From: a virus
Strand: one strand, 5' to 3'
IMG/VR virus record: IMGVR_UViG_3300037851_000215
Span: 30,219 to 94,218 of that record
DNA length: 64,000 nucleotides
The notes under the pieces are model-generated. The model was not told the DNA's origin and searched no databases. It saw only the letters and a list, made by a program, of their open reading frames with translations. How positions within the stretch are numbered: the stretch's first letter is position 1; each line of letters starts with the position of its first letter. Of the stretch, positions 59,550 through 64,000 are shown one piece after another. A program made the position numbers and the translations under genes.

Positions 59550-60478
59550 TATACAAATATTTTTAATTGTTGTTTTAATGTTCTACTTTCAAAATGATGT
59601 TTAAACATGGTAGCAGAAAAATGTTTATAATCAAATAATTCAATTATATCTATTTTAATATTATCATCTTTCTCTCTAATCTGATATATTAAATTACCTA
59701 AATTTTTTAATCCTATTTGTTCAAGTAACCAAGCATAACCAGATACTTGTAAATTATAATGAACTCCAGTACTATCAGCAAGCATATGAATAGGAAATTT
59801 CATATATTTATGTGTATATATAAAATTATCTGTTGTATTGCCTTCTATATCTTTTTCAAAGTACCCTGCTTCATATTTAATATCATCTTTATTAGTTTTC
59901 CAATCTATAATAATAAACTCATTATCTCGTATAGCAACTAAATCTATTTTGCCAGAAATAAGTAAGTCTATATTATATACTCCTAATTCAGCATAAAATT
60001 TAAAACCTAATTGATGTAAAGATACAATAGCACTATAAATAGCTGGATACTTTTTATTTATACCTACTAACGTAAACCAATCAAAATCTAATGCACCAAA
60101 TGTATTATTTACTATATCTTCGTATGTAAACAATCTATCTTGAATTAAATCTGTACCAGCAATAGTTCTGTATCCAGTAGCACGTTTAGTTATATCTTCT
60201 AGATAGTCATGTTTTTCATTACCATTTACCAATGATACATCTTTAATTTTAATCCATTCAGCTTTAATTTGTTCTGCTGATTTACCTTTATATTTAAGGT
60301 ATTTAGGATGAAGTGGATTTTTACCAATACGTTCACATGCATTGGCTACTCCATCTGTATCGAATTCCTCATAATATTTACTTATAACAGTAGTAACACT
60401 AGTATATATATTACCACGATCATCTGTATACTTATGTTGTAGTTCATCAAAATATATAGTTCTATGTTGATGACTCAT
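59549..60478 (-). CDS. PD-(D/E)xK nuclease (309 aa)
   Basis: HKY...YTSVTTVI, AELGVY, SGKIDL, IIDWKTNK, YNLQVSGY. Confidence 0.85.
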   Translation of the reverse strand: MSHQHRTIYFDELQHKYTDDRGNIYTSVTTVISKYYEEFDTDGVANACERIGKNPLHPKYLKYKGKSAEQIKAEWIKIKDVSLVNGNEKHDYLEDITKRATGYRTIAGTDLIQDRLFTYEDIVNNTFGALDFDWFTLVGINKKYPAIYSAIVSLHQLGFKFYAELGVYNIDLLISGKIDLVAIRDNEFIIIDWKTNKDDIKYEAGYFEKDIEGNTTDNFIYTHKYMKFPIHMLADSTGVHYNLQVSGYAWLLEQIGLKNLGNLIYQIREKDDNIKIDIIELFDYKHFSATMFKHHFESRTLKQQLKIFV

Positions 60479-60932
60479 TTTTTGTTTTATTTAGAAAATT
60501 ATAATTAATTTTACCTTCTCTATTATTTACTTCAGCTATTGCAATTGGAATTAGAATTTCACGTTGTAGTTTATGTAATTCATCTAGTGCAAGTTCTGCT
60601 ATAACAGGATCAGCATCTTTAAGTTGATCAATATGATATTTTGCTTTTACTTTAGCAAATAGTTCTCTATTAACTTCAGATGTTTTTCTATATTTAAAAC
60701 ATCCTAATTTAGGCAATGTAATATTACGTTTATTTTCCATTGCCTGTATAATACTTTTATTTTGTGAATGAAGTATTTCTTTAACAATAAATTCTTGTTC
60801 AGCTGTAGATAGAACGTGTAAAAATTTAACAATATTAGTATTCTTTTTACGATTAGTAGAAGATGAAGAAGATAATAGAGTCTCTTTTACTGACTCCATT
60901 ATCTTCGGAAATAATTCATCATTAATTTTCAT
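60462..60932 (-). CDS. HU/IHF-like DNA-binding protein (~156 aa)
   Basis: IIQAMENKRNITLPKLGCFKYR resembles the HU/IHF helix-strand core; ATG at 60932 preferred over TTG at 60935. Confidence 0.55.
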   Translation of the reverse strand: MKINDELFPKIMESVKETLLSSSSSTNRKKNTNIVKFLHVLSTAEQEFIVKEILHSQNKSIIQAMENKRNITLPKLGCFKYRKTSEVNRELFAKVKAKYHIDQLKDADPVIAELALDELHKLQREILIPIAIAEVNNREGKINYNFLNKTKNESST

Positions 60933-61326
60933 CAATGATTCCTTTTATAATAAATTCAGGAAATATACCATATTCTACTACATTAACTTTAGGAGTAGAT
61001 TTAATATATTCTTGTAATTCACTCAGTTTCATATTAGCAGAAGAAAAGAAAGCTGTAAGTTTAGCAACACTTTGTTCATTACCTTTAACTTCTACTGCTT
61101 TATAGGGTTCAAGTTTCATTATAACTTTTTCTCCTATACTTAAATCCTTAACAAGTGGACCATAACCAGCAATACTAAATATAACAGGATCACCCTCGGA
61201 TCTTTCACTAGGTTTACCGGTACTTAAATCTAATACACTTGCTGTAAAATCTAATCTAACTAAAACATTATTTCCTCTAGGAATAATATTACAGTTAGTA
61301 GCTCCTCTAAATACATCATTGTTCAT
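60922..61326 (-). CDS. GroES-like co-chaperonin (134 aa)
   Basis: IIPRGNNVLVR, GYGPLVKDLSIGEKV, EYGIFPEFIIKGII match the GroES pattern. Confidence 0.6.
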   Translation of the reverse strand: MNNDVFRGATNCNIIPRGNNVLVRLDFTASVLDLSTGKPSERSEGDPVIFSIAGYGPLVKDLSIGEKVIMKLEPYKAVEVKGNEQSVAKLTAFFSSANMKLSELQEYIKSTPKVNVVEYGIFPEFIIKGIIDEN

Positions 61327-61359
61327 TTTATTATCAATTTAGTTTAACATAGATTAGAT

Positions 61360-61391
61360 CAAATATAAGTAAAATTTTTTAAACTACAATA
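61360..61391 (-). promoter_or_regulatory. Bacteroidota sigma70 promoter (TTG-N19-TATATTTG) heading the late operon
   Basis: Minus strand TATTGTAGTTTAAAAAATTTTACTTATATTTG; exact TAnnTTTG element 33 nt upstream of the GroES-like ATG. Confidence 0.7.
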
Positions 61392-61448
61392 CAAAAATCA
61401 AACTATTTTTACTCTATCTCTATAAAAAATACATTCTCTATCTAGATT

Positions 61449-61484
61449 AAAAGAAAAAGCCCTAAGTATATTACTTAGAGCTTT
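61449..61484 (-). terminator. Intrinsic terminator
   Basis: AAAGCTCTAAGTA-ATA-TACTTAGGGCTTT-TTCTTTT on minus strand. Confidence 0.8.
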
Positions 61485-61536
61485 ACCATTATAACCTAAC
61501 AAAAGTAAATAGACTAATAAAGTCAACCGATCTGCC

Positions 61537-61752
61537 TCAGGATTTATTAATTCTAGCTTGTCTTAAAGTATCTTTAACAAAATAAAATGCAATAATAACA
61601 TTTATACTAATTAAATAACCAGCTGGTACTTCTTTAAAATCATTAGCTATAGTATAACTAACAATTAAATAGATTAGTAATATTATAGCACTATAACCAC
61701 CAAATTTTCTGACACTATATGTGCCATCACTATCTTTAAATAAACTAGACAT
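61537..61752 (-). CDS. Small two-TM membrane protein, holin-like (71 aa)
   Basis: LFKDSDGTYSVRK start, two hydrophobic helices, basic C-terminus. Confidence 0.6.
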   Translation of the reverse strand: MSSLFKDSDGTYSVRKFGGYSAIILLIYLIVSYTIANDFKEVPAGYLISINVIIAFYFVKDTLRQARINKS

Positions 61753-61852
61753 CTATCTCTACTATTAGTTCGACCAGTATCTCAACAAGCACTCTTATCA
61801 AAAATTCTCTTTTTATCTTTAATACTATTTTTACTTCCCCTTGCTCCGCAAG

Positions 61853-61884
61853 TAAATATAAACAAAATATTTAATATATACAAA
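61853..61884 (-). promoter_or_regulatory. Bacteroidota sigma70-like promoter (TTTG-N20-TATATTTA)
   Basis: Minus strand TTTGTATATATTAAATATTTTGTTTATATTTA; 27/32 identical to 37560-37591. Confidence 0.6.
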
Positions 61885-62469
61885 TTTTTTTTGAATTATT
61901 TTTACATTACATCTATAATTTTTTTATATTTATGTACATCTTTAAAATATATAGCACTTTTTGCGATAAGCTCAGTAGCAACACTATTTTTACACATATT
62001 CACACTCCATTACCATCAGCTGCGCTATAGCTACTTTTATCTAAACCATTATTAAAAATAAATTAAAATTAATTCAGAAAATATAAAAAATAAATAGAAA
62101 TAGAAATAAAGAAGATAGATAGGATGGTGATAAAGTTGAAAGTAAGTTAAAATAATAAGATATTAAAAGTACAGAATGTGATAAAAATGGTAATAAAATA
62201 AACAGTATAAGAAATAATAATAAAACTAATAGAAAATATAGGATAAAAATGATAAAATAAATAATACAGAATATATTGAAAATAGTAATAACACACCCAT
62301 AAAAAAGAAAGATGAATAAGGCTGGTGATAGTAGATGTGATGTATGTAATAGTGAACGTGATGGTCCCAGATCAAGTCCCCCTACTTGAATTTGAGATTG
62401 AAGTACCTGTCATCATTTTTGACAGGGAATTTCTACCATTTTTATTAATAATTTAAAATCTAAAACATT

Positions 62470-62964
62470 ATGAAAACACAGAAAGTCGTTCGTATTAATT
62501 ATCTTCGTATTTATCCACGTCTTGTTGATGCTGGTGAAGGTAAAAAGCCTTATGCAGGTGCTCTTGTTCTTATGAATGTGGACGGTGGTATCGATGCAAA
62601 TGCTCTACGTCTTACAGCTAAACAACTTGACAATCTTGCTGGTATTTCTGGTATAAGAACAGCTGGTCAAGTAGGCTGGAATCAACTTGCAGCTCTTGTA
62701 GGTGTTGCTAAGAGTGCAGCCGTTGTTAGTATTGAGCCAGTGAAGAAAGGTGAGAAATACATTGGCAGTGACGGTAAAGAGCATATTCACGAAAAAAAAG
62801 ACTGGGATAGAATCAGTGTTGACAGTATCATGCTTGATGATGCAGTTAGTCGTGAGTTTAAGAAGGCAGTCATTCAAGATGTTATTGATGCATGGAGTGC
62901 ACCAGCTCTTCCTGAATTTGAAGGCAGTTTTGTTCCTGAAAGTGAAATGCCTCAGACTAAATAA
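62470..62964 (+). CDS. Hypothetical protein, first gene of the rightward block (164 aa)
   Basis: ORF track; A-rich leader, own terminator, acidic/Pro C-terminal tail. Confidence 0.8.
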   Translation: MKTQKVVRINYLRIYPRLVDAGEGKKPYAGALVLMNVDGGIDANALRLTAKQLDNLAGISGIRTAGQVGWNQLAALVGVAKSAAVVSIEPVKKGEKYIGSDGKEHIHEKKDWDRISVDSIMLDDAVSREFKKAVIQDVIDAWSAPALPEFEGSFVPESEMPQTK

Positions 62965-62982
62965 TATACGGCTGATATTGTT

Positions 62983-63018
62983 GAAGGAGTTAGTGTATTT
63001 CCACTAACTCTTTCTTTT
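62983..63018 (+). terminator. Intrinsic terminator
   Basis: GAAGGAGTTAGTG-TATTTC-CACTAACTCTTTC-TTTT. Confidence 0.8.
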
Positions 63019-63063
63019 AATCGGCAAGATTTAATTCTATTTAATCCATTTAATCTATAAGAT

Positions 63064-63270
63064 ATGACAATCGATGTAGTAAATGACAAGAGAGTTCGTG
63101 AAATTCATGTAGCTCCTATAATCAATACAGCTATTACAGTTGTTAGAAAGAAATCATTTAGTCTTCTATTACAAGAAGATGAATTAGTTGATATTGTTGA
63201 TAGAACTGAGTATCTTGACAATATATTAGATCAATTAGGGATATTAAAACCGATAATAAAAGTGATATGA
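63064..63270 (+). CDS. Hypothetical protein (68 aa)
   Basis: ORF track; ATGA overlap with next gene. Confidence 0.7.
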   Translation: MTIDVVNDKRVREIHVAPIINTAITVVRKKSFSLLLQEDELVDIVDRTEYLDNILDQLGILKPIIKVI

Positions 63271-63629
63271 AAAATATTAATGCATTTAAGAAACTTATTA
63301 AGAGATATGAAACTATTACTCTTGATGAGATTAAGGAAGCTAATATGAATCTTGTTAAATTAACAGGATTTAGTAGTACAAGGGATTGTATTTTATGCAG
63401 AGAAGCATGTAATATTCTTGGATGTGATATAGCTAATACATATTGTCATTATTGCATTTGGGCATTTAATACAAATCCATACCTTGATTGTTTGTATGGT
63501 GTTAATAATAAAACATATTATGCTATTGAATATGCTCTTGATCCTGAATCACTTTTAACGGCTTATCATGCTAGAGCTGCTCATATGAGAGAAAGACTTA
63601 TTGAACTTGGTTATACTACACCATCTTAA
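63267..63629 (+). CDS. Cys-rich hypothetical protein, possible metal binding (120 aa)
   Basis: CILC, CHYC and further Cys residues. Confidence 0.7.
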   Translation: MKNINAFKKLIKRYETITLDEIKEANMNLVKLTGFSSTRDCILCREACNILGCDIANTYCHYCIWAFNTNPYLDCLYGVNNKTYYAIEYALDPESLLTAYHARAAHMRERLIELGYTTPS

Positions 63630-63682
63630 ACTATTATTATGAAACGAAAATTACTTACAGATGGCAGTGGAGATTAAGAAGC

Positions 63683-63720
63683 AAGTAGAACGAGAGGGTC
63701 TATTCCCTCTCCTACTTTTC
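63683..63720 (+). terminator. Probable intrinsic terminator
   Basis: AAGTAG-AAC-GAGAGGG-TCTATT-CCCTCTC-CTACTT-TTC bulged hairpin. Confidence 0.6.
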
Positions 63721-63856
63721 TTACTATTCCAAATACCACTTTTCCACCTTTAGTATCTAACTTTATCATCATCTTTACATTCATTATTATCTTCTCTTCT
63801 TCTATTTCCTCTTATATCTCTTCTTAAACTTTTATTTAACTTAATTTATTTCACTT

Positions 63857-64000
63857 ATGTCACTATTAAATCTTCCTTTATCTGACTTAGCAGTATCAAT
63901 TAGATTATTAAATATACTTGCTTCAGCTAATATCACTACACTTTCTCAACTAGTTGAAAAGAGTGCTACTGAATTAATGGCAATTCGACATTTCAGTAAA
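63857..64000 (+). CDS. RNA polymerase alpha-subunit C-terminal-domain-like protein (partial, runs off right edge)
   Basis: Not in ORF track. MSLLNLPLSDLAVSIRLLNILASANITTLSQLVEKSATELMAIRHFSK follows the alpha-CTD pattern (L..P...L.(L/V)(S/T).R..N.L....I.....L......EL.....(F/L)GK). Confidence 0.72.
   Translation, partial: MSLLNLPLSDLAVSIRLLNILASANITTLSQLVEKSATELMAIRHFSK

Larger units (their letters stand above)
1..64000. mobile_element. Crassvirales (crAss-like) bacteriophage genome segment: virion/late module plus start of the opposite-strand early module
   Basis: Gene order TerL-portal-scaffold-MCP-accessory capsid-ring proteins-muzzle-cargo proteins-giant two-barrel virion RNAP; dense same-strand genes with TAATG/ATGA overlaps; no bacterial housekeeping genes. 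Confidence 0.95.

Noticed and set aside
14028-59941. Numerous plus-strand and alternate-frame ORFs nested in structural genes (e.g. 14028-14345, 22812-23309, 41940-42311, 50828-51295, 52977-53333, 58307-58546)
   Set aside because: Fully overlap well-supported minus-strand genes; expected shadows of biased codon usage
62050-62345. CRISPR-like or regular tandem array
   Set aside because: Repeats are short, degenerate and irregularly spaced
62361-62439. tRNA gene (about 79 nt, contains ACCA near the 3' end)
   Set aside because: No 7-bp acceptor stem, no TTCRA T-loop, no D-arm
62605-63007. ORFs 62605-62877 (-) and 62750-63007 (+)
   Set aside because: Overlap the better-supported 62470-62964 gene; the second runs into its terminator
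63639-63677. 12-codon ORF MKRKLLTDGSGD before a hairpin
   Set aside because: Too short to support without expression or conservation data
1-64000. Alternative genetic code (TAG or TGA reassignment) as in some Crassvirales
   Set aside because: Long genes are intact under the standard code; TAG and TGA end genes at tight junctions, and the MCP ends TAA-TAG-TAG

Overview
AT-rich segment of a crAss-like phage genome (Crassvirales). The host is probably Bacteroidota, judged from TTTG-N19/20-TATATTT(G/A) promoters and A-rich leaders lacking Shine-Dalgarno sites. Positions 1-61752 form a minus-strand late/virion block. In transcription order it contains: a small membrane protein, GroES-like and HU/IHF-like proteins, a PD-(D/E)xK nuclease, an amidase endolysin, large terminase, portal, a scaffold-like protein, major and auxiliary capsid proteins, tail ring/hub proteins, LamG lectin and fibre proteins, the muzzle/tail-stabilisation protein, and three ejected (cargo) proteins, one with a HExxH zincin domain. 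A 7-gene inserted cassette with a glycosyltransferase follows, then a giant (>=4090 aa) virion RNA polymerase gene. The ORF track misses this gene because it runs off the left edge. Hand translation of parts of it shows a two-barrel RNAP core (GYRIPTE...GSDFDMD), an N-terminal putative enzyme domain, an ASCH-like domain and a NADAR-like domain. A repeated K-F-S-S-[YF] motif marks module boundaries. After a ~700 bp non-coding strand-switch region, plus-strand (probably early) genes begin, including a truncated ORF resembling the RNA polymerase alpha C-terminal domain. The standard genetic code is used. No tRNA, CRISPR array, intron or intein was recognised. Family assignments come from motif recognition and synteny only; no database searches were run.
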